This document shows, piece by piece, positions 1-9,571 of a stretch of 64,000 nucleotides of DNA (positions are counted from its first letter, which is position 1; each line of letters opens with the position of its first letter). The translations under genes were made by a program, and so were the position numbers. The notes under the pieces were generated by a model. The model worked only from the letters and a program-made list of their open reading frames with translations. It had not been told where the DNA came from and ran no database searches. The stretch covers positions 64,001 through 128,000 of the forward strand of contig JAHLWP010000002.1 of the NCBI GenBank assembly GCA_019057865.1, written 5' to 3'. This DNA is from Promethearchaeota archaeon (GTDB lineage: Archaea > Asgardarchaeota > Lokiarchaeia > Sigyniarchaeales > SOKP01).

Positions 1-2
1 TA

Positions 3-353
3 GAAATGAAATTCCCTGCTCAGTATCCTAAACAACCTCCTTTTGTAAGAATGCATACTCCAATTTGGCATCCAAATTTTTGGCCAAAACCGAATGAATA
101 TAAAGGACAGAGAAATATTTGCCTTGCATTAGTAGATCCCTCTTTAATTGGCAAAAAAGGTGGATGGAGTCCATCAAAAACTGGTGTAACGGTTGTTCAA
201 GCAATAATTGCTATGTTAAACACCCGTGGTAAATATGTCAATCCAACGGATGTTTTTAATAAGAAAGCAGCAATAGAAATGATGAAAAATCCTAAATTTT
301 TCGATAAAAAAGTCAAAAACTTAGTTAAAAAGTATGCTAATAAAAAGTGGTGA
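3..353 (+). CDS. Ubiquitin-conjugating enzyme E2 (probably 5'-partial)
   Basis: FPxxYPxxPP, HPN motif (IWHPNF) and catalytic Cys in NICL; frame is open to the window edge. Confidence 0.9.
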   Translation, partial: EMKFPAQYPKQPPFVRMHTPIWHPNFWPKPNEYKGQRNICLALVDPSLIGKKGGWSPSKTGVTVVQAIIAMLNTRGKYVNPTDVFNKKAAIEMMKNPKFFDKKVKNLVKKYANKKW

Positions 354-1170
354 AATTATAATGAATATTGATAATGATAAGAATAACTCAATCAGAGAAG
401 TAATAAAACGAAAAATTAGGGAAAAAATCAAAAACGAATTGCTTGAAGAGATATACACTGAATTAAAATTAGAAGAAGAGTTGATTGGAGATAGAGCTTC
501 TGAATTTACCCAAAAAAAGCCTTCAGAAGATACAGAAAAAATTAAAATCATACATGAGAACACTTCAACAGAACCAGAAATAGCATATGTTAAATATAAT
601 GATACTAAAGCCAATATAACTATAACAGTAAAAGCAATCCTTAAGATAGCTAGCCATTCATTAAAATATGCCCACTCTAAAATACCAAGAGAGAAATGGG
701 TTGAAGTAATTGGACTAATTGCCGGTAAATTAGACAATTCTGAACGCATTCTTCAAATAGAAGACGCTTATCCAATGGGACATGGTACAGCAGTTTATGC
801 TGAAATTAAAGACTATAGAAATTATGTTAGAGCTTTTAAAGATATTAAGAGGAATAAATTATTCATATGTGGATGGTATCATTCTCATCCATCTTATGGG
901 TGTTTTATGTCTAATGAAGATATAGGAACTCAAGCGAGATATCAAAAATTATGGGATAAGGCTATTGCTCTTGTTATAGATCCATATCAAATTGATGGTA
1001 CTTCATTAGGATTTGAGATTTATCGTGCAAGTATCAGAACAAAAAAATGGTTTTCTATACCATATAATATAAAAGGGCATTTAGATGTTCGAATGTTGCC
1101 TGAAATCTTGGCATTTATGATTCCTATTATTGAGGGGAAACCTGTTTACTTGGAATATGATGAAGATTAA
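334..1170 (+). CDS. JAB/MPN+ (JAMM) metalloprotease, Rpn11/CSN5-like deubiquitinase (start may be ATG 361)
   Basis: EVIGL...GWYHSHPSYGCFMSNED...TQ...ALVIDP = complete JAMM motif; overlaps the E2 gene. Confidence 0.9.
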   Translation: MLIKSGEIIMNIDNDKNNSIREVIKRKIREKIKNELLEEIYTELKLEEELIGDRASEFTQKKPSEDTEKIKIIHENTSTEPEIAYVKYNDTKANITITVKAILKIASHSLKYAHSKIPREKWVEVIGLIAGKLDNSERILQIEDAYPMGHGTAVYAEIKDYRNYVRAFKDIKRNKLFICGWYHSHPSYGCFMSNEDIGTQARYQKLWDKAIALVIDPYQIDGTSLGFEIYRASIRTKKWFSIPYNIKGHLDVRMLPEILAFMIPIIEGKPVYLEYDED

Positions 1171-1199
1171 ATTATTTAATATGTGGTGATTCATAAATC

Positions 1200-2369
1200 G
1201 TGGTGAAAACTAAAGCTGTCGCTATATCATTAATTATATTTTCAATCATAGGCATAATCCATGGTGCTATTTTAGATTCATTTAATGTATTTGTAACTTG
1301 GTTATTAATTAGTTTATGGATAATATTTAATATTAAGATTTTAGAAAATGTAAAACGTCATCGCGAATTTAATTCACCACACAATACTGCCTTTTTTGTT
1401 ATTATCCCTTTATTTATCGGAATTTTTTACTCTATTTGGGGTTATTTTACAGGTATATTGGGTGAAAACCTTCTAGAGGGTTCAGATCTATATTTTAGTT
1501 GGTGGAGTATCATTTTTGGATTTCCATTTGTAGTATATGGCGCTCATTCTTTATATCGTTGTTTTAAGAAATATAATGTTATTTATTTTGGAACGAAATC
1601 AATAAAAGCTAGGTTATTTGGATATATTTTAACTTTCATTGTTGTTCTTTTTATATTATTTTATTGGATTATATTTTATACTGTTATTGAATTCTATAAT
1701 TCTCCATTAATCCCGCTTCACTTCTCTGTAGATCTTAACCTTTTACTATTATTCATAATTACAATATTGGTATTAATTGTTTTTGGATTTATGAGTTCAC
1801 AAAGACCATTGCCTGCATTAACTCGTGATTATATAGTACAACGTACTAGGAGAATAAATTCATTAACATCTCCTACCGCATTATCTTCGCCTAGTAGACA
1901 AAGAAATAGGGTAAGTTCACCAACAAGAACAACTCCAACATCAAGAACTGTATCTCGTACAACGCGATCAAGTGCTCAATCATCAAGAACAAAACCAACT
2001 TCACATAGACAATCAACTAGAACAAGATCAACAAAAAGCACTCAAACTAGAAATATAAAACCAACTTCAAAAGGTCGAAATCTGGATAGATTTAAACCAA
2101 TAGCATCATTTCTATCAGAAGATGATTTTAAATGTATTTTCTGTTTTAAATTACCAAAACTTCCTGAGGATAGAGGGAGAGGGATAATCTTGTGCCCACG
2201 TTGTAGATATCCAGCACATGCAGATGAATTTAAAGATTGGTTACGAACCTCAAATCTGTGTTCACGATGTAGTACTCCTATTCCATATCGTTATCAACGA
2301 ACTCCTAGAATAATTAGTGTAAAGAATTACTTAATTATCTATAGACACTTTTTAAGGAAGAAGAAATAA
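1200..2369 (+). CDS. Multi-pass membrane protein with Ser/Thr/Arg-rich linker and C-terminal RING-like Zn finger (putative E3 ligase)
   Basis: ~6 hydrophobic segments, low-complexity S/T/R region (~1850-2075), CIFC..CPRC..H..E..W..CSRC. Confidence 0.7.
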   Translation: MVKTKAVAISLIIFSIIGIIHGAILDSFNVFVTWLLISLWIIFNIKILENVKRHREFNSPHNTAFFVIIPLFIGIFYSIWGYFTGILGENLLEGSDLYFSWWSIIFGFPFVVYGAHSLYRCFKKYNVIYFGTKSIKARLFGYILTFIVVLFILFYWIIFYTVIEFYNSPLIPLHFSVDLNLLLLFIITILVLIVFGFMSSQRPLPALTRDYIVQRTRRINSLTSPTALSSPSRQRNRVSSPTRTTPTSRTVSRTTRSSAQSSRTKPTSHRQSTRTRSTKSTQTRNIKPTSKGRNLDRFKPIASFLSEDDFKCIFCFKLPKLPEDRGRGIILCPRCRYPAHADEFKDWLRTSNLCSRCSTPIPYRYQRTPRIISVKNYLIIYRHFLRKKK

Positions 2370-2400
2370 CCAGACCGAAAATTTGTAAGAAATTAGGTAA

Positions 2401-3345
2401 TTAACTTTTCAATTTAAATTTTTTTTTTAATTCTCCTACTGTTGTTTTTAATTCAGCATAAACATTATGCGGATGAATAGATTCAAAGCTTTCTATTTTA
2501 AATTTTATTTTAAAGTTATCTTCAATATTTGGAAAATCTCTTAAAATGAAATTTTGTGCCATCTCTCGAATGACATCCTCAGAAAATAATGGTTTTAAAT
2601 GAGCACTTCTAACTAATTCCGCTTCTTCTGGTCGCTTTAAAACAGATTGTATTTTTCCACTCATTGATGTCTCGATGATTTCAATTATATCTAAAACATC
2701 AATTTTTTGTTTATTTAAATCCTTAATTTGTACTATAATTGTACCTACTGAACGTTGATTATGTGATGAGAAAGGAAGTATATTGATTAGTTTTTTAATA
2801 TCTTCTTCTGAAATGTTAATATCTTTTCTAGTTCTGATAATTTCTTCAGCATATTCTTGAGACATTTCTTTTGCGCATGGACAAACTGTCATCCCAACTG
2901 CGCTTGCCCCTATAAAGTAATTAAAATCCATTTCTCCCGATTCTTTTTTTCTTGCTTTTACAAAAGAGGTAATATCATAAGATTTTTGTATACTTCTTTG
3001 CTCATTTTCCCTGACTTGGACAACAATTTTTCCTTTCAACTTAACATAAGCTTTTGAGGTGTACGGATGGCGTTCCAATATTTTTCTTACAATTCTATCA
3101 GTAACGACTTCAATTGCAGGCGTAGGTTTAAAAATTACCTCATTTATAACTTCTTCTATAGTTTCGGAGGTTCTTGACATATGAATACCTCGTTGTTGGG
3201 CAGGAAGAGCAATTAAAGCAGAAATTTTTGGATAAAACGAATATCTTTTATTCTCTTGAACAATTTCGACTTTCTTCTCAAGTCCTACTATACCAACACG
3301 ATCTATTGCTATGTCTATTCCTGAGTTAGAACTCTGTAAATCCAT
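2401..3345 (-). CDS. mptA: GTP cyclohydrolase MptA (FolE2 family)
   Basis: RGIHMSR, GMTVCPC, HNQRS, ESIHPHN motifs. Confidence 0.92.
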   Translation of the reverse strand: MDLQSSNSGIDIAIDRVGIVGLEKKVEIVQENKRYSFYPKISALIALPAQQRGIHMSRTSETIEEVINEVIFKPTPAIEVVTDRIVRKILERHPYTSKAYVKLKGKIVVQVRENEQRSIQKSYDITSFVKARKKESGEMDFNYFIGASAVGMTVCPCAKEMSQEYAEEIIRTRKDINISEEDIKKLINILPFSSHNQRSVGTIIVQIKDLNKQKIDVLDIIEIIETSMSGKIQSVLKRPEEAELVRSAHLKPLFSEDVIREMAQNFILRDFPNIEDNFKIKFKIESFESIHPHNVYAELKTTVGELKKKFKLKS

Positions 3346-3428
3346 TTTAAACTTATGAATTTTGTACCACCAATATTAAAAAATAAATTCTATAGTCTAG
3401 TTTTATAAAAAGATTAGATGTAATTTAT

Positions 3429-3480
3429 ATTATTATATAGATAGAAAATTAAGAATTATTATATAGATAGAAAATTAAGA
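3429..3480. repeat. Perfect 26-bp tandem duplication in the divergent mptA/amidohydrolase promoter
   Basis: ATTATTATATAGATAGAAAATTAAGA at 3429-3454 and 3455-3480. Confidence 0.9.
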
Positions 3481-3485
3481 AGTTA

Positions 3486-4655
3486 ATGTCTCAGAATCAA
3501 ATTTTTTGCAAATTTGCATTAATTGGTGATAATTTAGAACTTAAACAGAATGTTACTTTAGAGATTAATAACGAAGGAATGATTTTAAATATAGAATATG
3601 ATGACATTGGGGAAGAAATAGATATTTCGAAGGAAAAAAATGCCTTTATAATGATACCTGGCTTTATCAACTCACATATCCACATTGGAGACAGCTTTGC
3701 AAAAGAAATAGGATTTAATCAAAATTTAAAAGACATTGTTGCTCCACCTAATGGTATTAAACATAAACTGTTACAAGAGGTACCTAAAGAGATAATAGTT
3801 GAAGGAATAAAAAATGCGATAAGAGAAATGGTTTCAACTGGAATAACGTGTTTTGTTGACTTTAGAGAACGTAATATAGAAGGTATAAATCTCTTAAATA
3901 ATACATTAAAAGGATTTTCAATTAATAATCTAATTTTTGGGCGATTTACCAATCCAGAAGAAATTGAATCTATTTTTAAAGTGGCTGATGGTATTGGTTT
4001 ACCAAGCTACCATAATATTTCCACTGATATAAAAGAAATTCTAAACTATAATAAAGAAAAGTTAAAAAAGAAAATTGCTTGTCATTGTGCTGAGTTAGAA
4101 AGAGATGAAAATTTAATAAATGAGATGATTAATGATGGTATAGTTGATATTGTTATTCATGGAACTCACTTTATTAAAAAGGATTTGGAACGTTTAAATA
4201 AAAATAAATTATCTTTAGTTCTATGTCCCAGATCTAATGGGTATTTTGGAGCTGGATTTCCTCCCATATTGAATGTATTGAAATTAAAAATTCCAATTTC
4301 TTTAGGAACTGATAATTTAATGATAAATAATCCTGATTTGTTTGAAGAAATGCGTTATTTTTACCGAATAGCGAGAGTATTGTGCAATAAAGATATTAAC
4401 GTCGAAATTAGTGCTAAAGATATTTTAAAAATGGTTACAATTAATGCTGCAAGAAATTTTAGAATCGAAAAAAACTTAGGGTCCATTTCAAAAGGAAAAA
4501 TGGCTGATTTCTTCCTTATCAATTTAAACGATCCTAACTTCTATTCAATAAATATTGACATAAATAAAATATATCCTATAATTGTGCAGCGTACAAAATC
4601 AGAAAATGTAAAAAAGACCTATATAAAAGGAGAAATTGTATTTGAAAGAGATTGA
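3486..4655 (+). CDS. Metal-dependent amidohydrolase/deaminase (ATZ/TRZ type)
   Basis: PGFINSHIH, HCAE, HGTH, CPRSN, LGTD, GKMADF. Confidence 0.88.
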   Translation: MSQNQIFCKFALIGDNLELKQNVTLEINNEGMILNIEYDDIGEEIDISKEKNAFIMIPGFINSHIHIGDSFAKEIGFNQNLKDIVAPPNGIKHKLLQEVPKEIIVEGIKNAIREMVSTGITCFVDFRERNIEGINLLNNTLKGFSINNLIFGRFTNPEEIESIFKVADGIGLPSYHNISTDIKEILNYNKEKLKKKIACHCAELERDENLINEMINDGIVDIVIHGTHFIKKDLERLNKNKLSLVLCPRSNGYFGAGFPPILNVLKLKIPISLGTDNLMINNPDLFEEMRYFYRIARVLCNKDINVEISAKDILKMVTINAARNFRIEKNLGSISKGKMADFFLINLNDPNFYSINIDINKIYPIIVQRTKSENVKKTYIKGEIVFERD

Positions 4656-5328
4656 AAAATTTGTAAATAAACAACCTTATATTTTGCTAAGTGCTGCAAT
4701 GTCTATTGATGGAAAAATAGCTTCAAGAACAGGAGACCCAGAATTATCTGATGAACAAGATTGGAAAGAAGTTCATAAAATTCGTAGTAAGATGGATGCA
4801 ATTATGGTCGGAAAGGAAACAATTCTAAAGGATAACCCAAAATTACATATTAAATTTCATGAGCACAAAGGCTATTATCGAATTGTTTTAGATAGTAACC
4901 TAACAATACCTTTAGATTCGAATGTTATTGTTTTTCAGCCAGAAATTTATCCCACTATAATTTGTACTACTGAGGGAGTTCCCATTAAAAGAATTAGACA
5001 ATATGAAACATCTAATGTGAGAATTATCCAATCTGGAGTAGGTAAGAAAGTTAATTTAGTAAAACTAATGCCTCTTTTATATGAATTAGGGATACATTCA
5101 ATCTTATTAGAAGGAGGTGGTACTTTAAATTGGAGTTTTATTAAAAACGATTTGATTGATGAAATAAGATTGACAATTGCTCCTTGGATTATTGGAGGAA
5201 AAGATGCTGTAAGCTTAGTAGAGGGTGAGGGTATTGAAAAAATGATTCAAGCACCCAGATTTAGATTGCTTAATATTAATGATAGAGATAATTATGTTGT
5301 TTTAAATTACAAAAGGAGCGATAAATGA
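4636..5328 (+). CDS. arfC: 2,5-diamino-6-ribosylamino-4(3H)-pyrimidinone 5'-phosphate reductase (archaeal RibD-reductase)
   Basis: AMSIDGKIA, DAIMVG..TILKDNP, LLEGGG.LN, IDEIRLTIAP. Confidence 0.9.
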   Translation: MYLKEIEKFVNKQPYILLSAAMSIDGKIASRTGDPELSDEQDWKEVHKIRSKMDAIMVGKETILKDNPKLHIKFHEHKGYYRIVLDSNLTIPLDSNVIVFQPEIYPTIICTTEGVPIKRIRQYETSNVRIIQSGVGKKVNLVKLMPLLYELGIHSILLEGGGTLNWSFIKNDLIDEIRLTIAPWIIGGKDAVSLVEGEGIEKMIQAPRFRLLNINDRDNYVVLNYKRSDK

Positions 5329-6428
5329 ATATTAAAGATAATTTTGAACAATTAAAGAATTTAACGTTAAAGAAAATAAAAGAAAAAGTCAAAGATATCA
5401 AATCTCAATTACCTAATAATGAGCAAAAAGTAATTACTTATTCAAAAAATTTCACAATTTCATTGTCAAATTATTGTCAAAACTTCTGTGGATATTGTTT
5501 TTACAATTTTAGAATTCCTAAGTTAGATGGACAAGGAAATGTAATATTACTTGGAAATGAACAAATGCAAACTCTAATTCAAATGGGAATTCGTTATAAT
5601 TGCAAAGAGGCTTTGATAATATCTGGAGAAAAACCAGATAGTTTCAAGGAAGTTAAAGATGAATTAAAAAAGAGAGATTGCAGTGATTTTATTAAGTTTG
5701 TAAAAGATATTTCTAACTATTTATTAGATTTTAATTTATTACCTCATACAAATATAGGGATACTTACTTTTAACGAATTGAAACTATTAAAAAATTATAA
5801 TGCCAGTATGGGTTTGATGCTTGAGAGTACCAGCATGGATTTATTTAAGAAAGGAGGAGTACATGAACATTCACCAGGAAAAGCTCCTGCCAAACGAATA
5901 AACCACATAAATAATGCAGGAAAATTAAAAATCCCTTTTACAACAGGATTATTGTTAGGGATTGGGGAATCTTTAGATGATAGAATAAAAGATTTGTATT
6001 TAATTAAAGAAATTCATGAAACTTATGGTCATATACAAGAGGTTATAATACAGAATTTTGTAAATAAACCGGGAATTTCGTACCAACCAAAGAAAGTAAT
6101 TAAAATAAAAGATATCCTTAGAATTGTTGGAATTGCGAAATTTATTTTTGAAAATGAAATTGCAATCCAAGTTCCACCAAATCTCATATCAGGATATGAA
6201 ACAGAATTTATTGAAATGGGAGTGAATGATTTTGGTGGGATATCGCCATTTACTTTAGATTATATCAATCCAGAAAATAGATGGCCCCAGATTGATGAAT
6301 TAAAAAATATATGTGAGTCTAAAAGTTATAAACTCAAAGAAAGGCTTCCAGTATATGATAAATATCTAAAAAAAAATGGTTTTTGTCCAGAAAATATTAA
6401 AAAAACTATAGATAATATAAATTATTAA
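5325..6428 (+). CDS. cofG: FO synthase subunit CofG (radical SAM)
   Basis: CQNFCGYC, PHTNIG, SMGLMLE, IPFTTGLLLGIGE, QVPPNL, DFGGISP. Confidence 0.93.
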   Translation: MNIKDNFEQLKNLTLKKIKEKVKDIKSQLPNNEQKVITYSKNFTISLSNYCQNFCGYCFYNFRIPKLDGQGNVILLGNEQMQTLIQMGIRYNCKEALIISGEKPDSFKEVKDELKKRDCSDFIKFVKDISNYLLDFNLLPHTNIGILTFNELKLLKNYNASMGLMLESTSMDLFKKGGVHEHSPGKAPAKRINHINNAGKLKIPFTTGLLLGIGESLDDRIKDLYLIKEIHETYGHIQEVIIQNFVNKPGISYQPKKVIKIKDILRIVGIAKFIFENEIAIQVPPNLISGYETEFIEMGVNDFGGISPFTLDYINPENRWPQIDELKNICESKSYKLKERLPVYDKYLKKNGFCPENIKKTIDNINY

Positions 6429-7558
6429 TGATAGCTTCTCAGATATTCAACCAGATAAAAACAGAGACAAAGGAAATTTTAAAAAAAGCGTTAAGTAATG
6501 AGGAAATTTCATCTATTGAAGCTTTAAAATTATTGAAAGTTCATGGCAAAGAATTTTTAGCTTTACAATACGTAGCAGATCAAATTTGTTTTGAAAAAAA
6601 GCAAGGTATTATCACTTTTATAATAAATAGAAATATAAACTTTACAAATATATGTTTTCAAGGATGTAAATTTTGTTCATTTAGTTTACCTGCAAATCAC
6701 GAAGATGCTTTTTTATTAAGTATTGAAGAAATAAGGAATAAAGTTATTGAAGCGAAAAATTTTAATTGTACTGAAGTATGTATTCAAGGTGGTATAAATC
6801 CTCAATTAAAATTTGATTATTATTTGGAAATTATCAAAACTATCAAAAAGATTGATTCAAAAATTCATATTCATGCTTTTTCTCCTCAAGAAATATTCTA
6901 TATGTCAAAATTATACGGAGATACTGTGGAAAATACATTAAAAGAACTAAAAAAGTCTGGTTTAGATTCAATGCCAGGGACAGCAGCCGAAATTCTTGTT
7001 GATGAGGTTCGTAAAATCATATGTCCTAATAAAGTTTCCACCTCTCAATGGATTGATATTATCACGTTAGCTCATAAAACTAAAATACCAACGACTTCTA
7101 CAATAATGTATGGACATATAGAGAAGTTGTCTGACAGGATTAAGCATTTAGAAATTTTAAGAGAGATTCAGAAGAAAACCAATGGTTTTACTGAATTTAT
7201 TCCATTACCTTTTGTTAAGGAAAAACCAATTTTATCAAAACTTACAAATTATCCATTAAAACCTAGTTATGGAATGGAAGATTTAAAGTTATTTTGTGTA
7301 GCACGTTTATTTTTAAATAATTATATAGATAATATCCAATGTAGTTGGGTGAAGCTTGGTCCCAAACTTGCTCAAGTTTCTCTAAACTATGGAGTGAATG
7401 ATTTTTCAGGCACTTTAATGGAAGAAAATATCTCTAAAAGTGCAGGAGCAGAATTTGGTGAGTATTTATCTCCCGATGAAATGATTGAAATTATTAAAGC
7501 TGCTGGAAAACGCCCAGCTCAGCGTGATACGCTTTATAATATTATCAGATATTATTAA
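6428..7558 (+). CDS. cofH: FO synthase subunit CofH (radical SAM)
   Basis: NRNINFTNIC..GCKFC, SMPGTAAEIL, IQCSWVKLG, GTLMEENIS; coupled to cofG. Confidence 0.93.
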   Translation: MIASQIFNQIKTETKEILKKALSNEEISSIEALKLLKVHGKEFLALQYVADQICFEKKQGIITFIINRNINFTNICFQGCKFCSFSLPANHEDAFLLSIEEIRNKVIEAKNFNCTEVCIQGGINPQLKFDYYLEIIKTIKKIDSKIHIHAFSPQEIFYMSKLYGDTVENTLKELKKSGLDSMPGTAAEILVDEVRKIICPNKVSTSQWIDIITLAHKTKIPTTSTIMYGHIEKLSDRIKHLEILREIQKKTNGFTEFIPLPFVKEKPILSKLTNYPLKPSYGMEDLKLFCVARLFLNNYIDNIQCSWVKLGPKLAQVSLNYGVNDFSGTLMEENISKSAGAEFGEYLSPDEMIEIIKAAGKRPAQRDTLYNIIRYY

Positions 7559-7587
7559 TAAGAGTCTTACATGAAATGTTTGAATAA

Positions 7588-9453
7588 TTAGAGATTTTGA
7601 TGACCCTGTAAATAACTTAAGATATATTGTTGCGTTATTAAGTCTGAACTAACTACACCTAATACTTTTCCTTCATCAACAACAGGTATAGCAGAAATTT
7701 GATACTGTTCAAGTTCTCTTACAATATCCAAAATAGTAAAGTTCGGAGATGCTGTGATAACATTCTTAGTCATAATTTTATCAAGCTTAACATCAATAAT
7801 TCCCTCAGCAGTAGCCTTTGTAATGTCCCAATCTGTTACAACTCCTACAAGCTTATCTTTAGAAAGAACAGCAATTATCCCACTCATACTATTAATTATT
7901 AAGGCTGCACCATCTTGTAAATTACTTTTAACATCAATAGTAGGTATTGAAACCATGATATCTTTTGCGGTACGTTCACTTTCTTTTGCTGTGAGGCGTT
8001 GTAAACTTATACGTTCTGCAGCTGCGAAGGGAAGCGTATCTGGATTGGCTGCTAATAAATCAACCAATTCAATCATATTATGATGAATAACATTCTCTCT
8101 ATATTCTTCTCCAGCTGTTAAGCGTCGTTTTGAAAGTTCGGAAAATTCATCGGTATGGTCTTTTAACCAATTTTCTACTGCTTTACGGTCACCTAACATT
8201 TTTTCTGGTATTTGTAAATGATCGGGAGTTTTGATGATATGTTCTTGAGCAGCATAGATGACACCACCTGAATTAACTAAATAATCATTAGCTATCATCA
8301 CACCTTTTTCACGATACACGATTTGTTCCATACGAATACGAGCAGCTTTTCTATTTGGATCTGGAGAATATGTATTAGCACCCTCAACGATTACCGACCA
8401 TTTACCCATCCGATCCACAGTCATTGAAGGATTCTCAGATTGCCAGACACCCAGATAATTAAATATAGGTGCAGCTGGAATCATACAAAAAGCATTTTCG
8501 AGAAGCAAATTATTTGAATTAGTAGAAAATTTCGTAGGATGCTTATAACCCTGTGTTATAATTTTATTTTTAAAATATATATCGGTAACTAACCGTTCTT
8601 CTATCCACAATTTAAAAAGATCTTCAACTGGTAAACCAGATTCATTATATAAATAACCTTCTAGATCACTAATCCCAATTATTTTAACTTGTGGAATCCG
8701 TTCTCTTAATATACGTGCTGCATGAGCACCAACAGCACCAAAACCTTGAATTATTACTTTAAGATCGTTTAGTTCTGGAATTTCTAAATTAGCGAATTGT
8801 GGAAGAACTCTCAACCTTGGCATAATTTCTAACAGAGTCTGTAAAGCAATCACTACACCTCCAGCAGCAGCACCTAACTCATCAATACGATTACCTCCCA
8901 TATCGAGTGGTTTGGATACGGCACTATCTAGCCCATTTTCTATTGCTATTGTTTTCATATCAGCATCATTTGTACCAACATCAGGTCCTGGGACATAAAT
9001 ACCTTTATAACGTCGAATTAGACGAGCAAAACCACGAACTACTTCAGTATGTTCTTCAGGTGTCAAATTCCTTTCAGCAACTATTCCTGCTTTTCCACCA
9101 CCATAAGGTAAGTTAGCAGCAGCATTTTTAAGTGTCATACCCCGAGCTAAATTATAAATATCTGAAGGTGTGATATCTGGCAACATTCTAATACCCCCCA
9201 TCGAAGGACTTCCCATTGAAAGATTATCAACAACTAAATATCCACCTATTTCCGATGAAGATACCTCATCCCACAAACACACAACAAGTTTAGGACCAAG
9301 TTTATCACAAATAATTCCTAGATGAGATAAGAGATGAACATCTAAATTAGTAAATTCTAAATAACGCTTTCCATTCTCCTTTTTGGTTCTCGCTTTCAGA
9401 GTACCCTCTGGAAGGTGTTCCCTAAGAAAAGCTTCCATTCTTTTTGGTATCAT
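7588..9453 (-). CDS. Glu/Leu/Phe/Val dehydrogenase with C-terminal CBS pair
   Basis: GGIRM, MTLKNA, GGGKAG, PGPDVGT, QGFGAVG, VEGAN, NSGGV; tandem CBS at C-terminus. Confidence 0.88.
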   Translation of the reverse strand: MIPKRMEAFLREHLPEGTLKARTKKENGKRYLEFTNLDVHLLSHLGIICDKLGPKLVVCLWDEVSSSEIGGYLVVDNLSMGSPSMGGIRMLPDITPSDIYNLARGMTLKNAAANLPYGGGKAGIVAERNLTPEEHTEVVRGFARLIRRYKGIYVPGPDVGTNDADMKTIAIENGLDSAVSKPLDMGGNRIDELGAAAGGVVIALQTLLEIMPRLRVLPQFANLEIPELNDLKVIIQGFGAVGAHAARILRERIPQVKIIGISDLEGYLYNESGLPVEDLFKLWIEERLVTDIYFKNKIITQGYKHPTKFSTNSNNLLLENAFCMIPAAPIFNYLGVWQSENPSMTVDRMGKWSVIVEGANTYSPDPNRKAARIRMEQIVYREKGVMIANDYLVNSGGVIYAAQEHIIKTPDHLQIPEKMLGDRKAVENWLKDHTDEFSELSKRRLTAGEEYRENVIHHNMIELVDLLAANPDTLPFAAAERISLQRLTAKESERTAKDIMVSIPTIDVKSNLQDGAALIINSMSGIIAVLSKDKLVGVVTDWDITKATAEGIIDVKLDKIMTKNVITASPNFTILDIVRELEQYQISAIPVVDEGKVLGVVSSDLITQQYILSYLQGHQNL

Positions 9454-9571
9454 AATTTTCTTCCTATACTTAATTTCTTTAAAATTGTTTTAATTGTTAA
9501 TATTCGCAATTTCTATATAGAATATATTATTAAAAATATTTTTTCTTTTTTTTAACAAGTTAACAGTAAAA

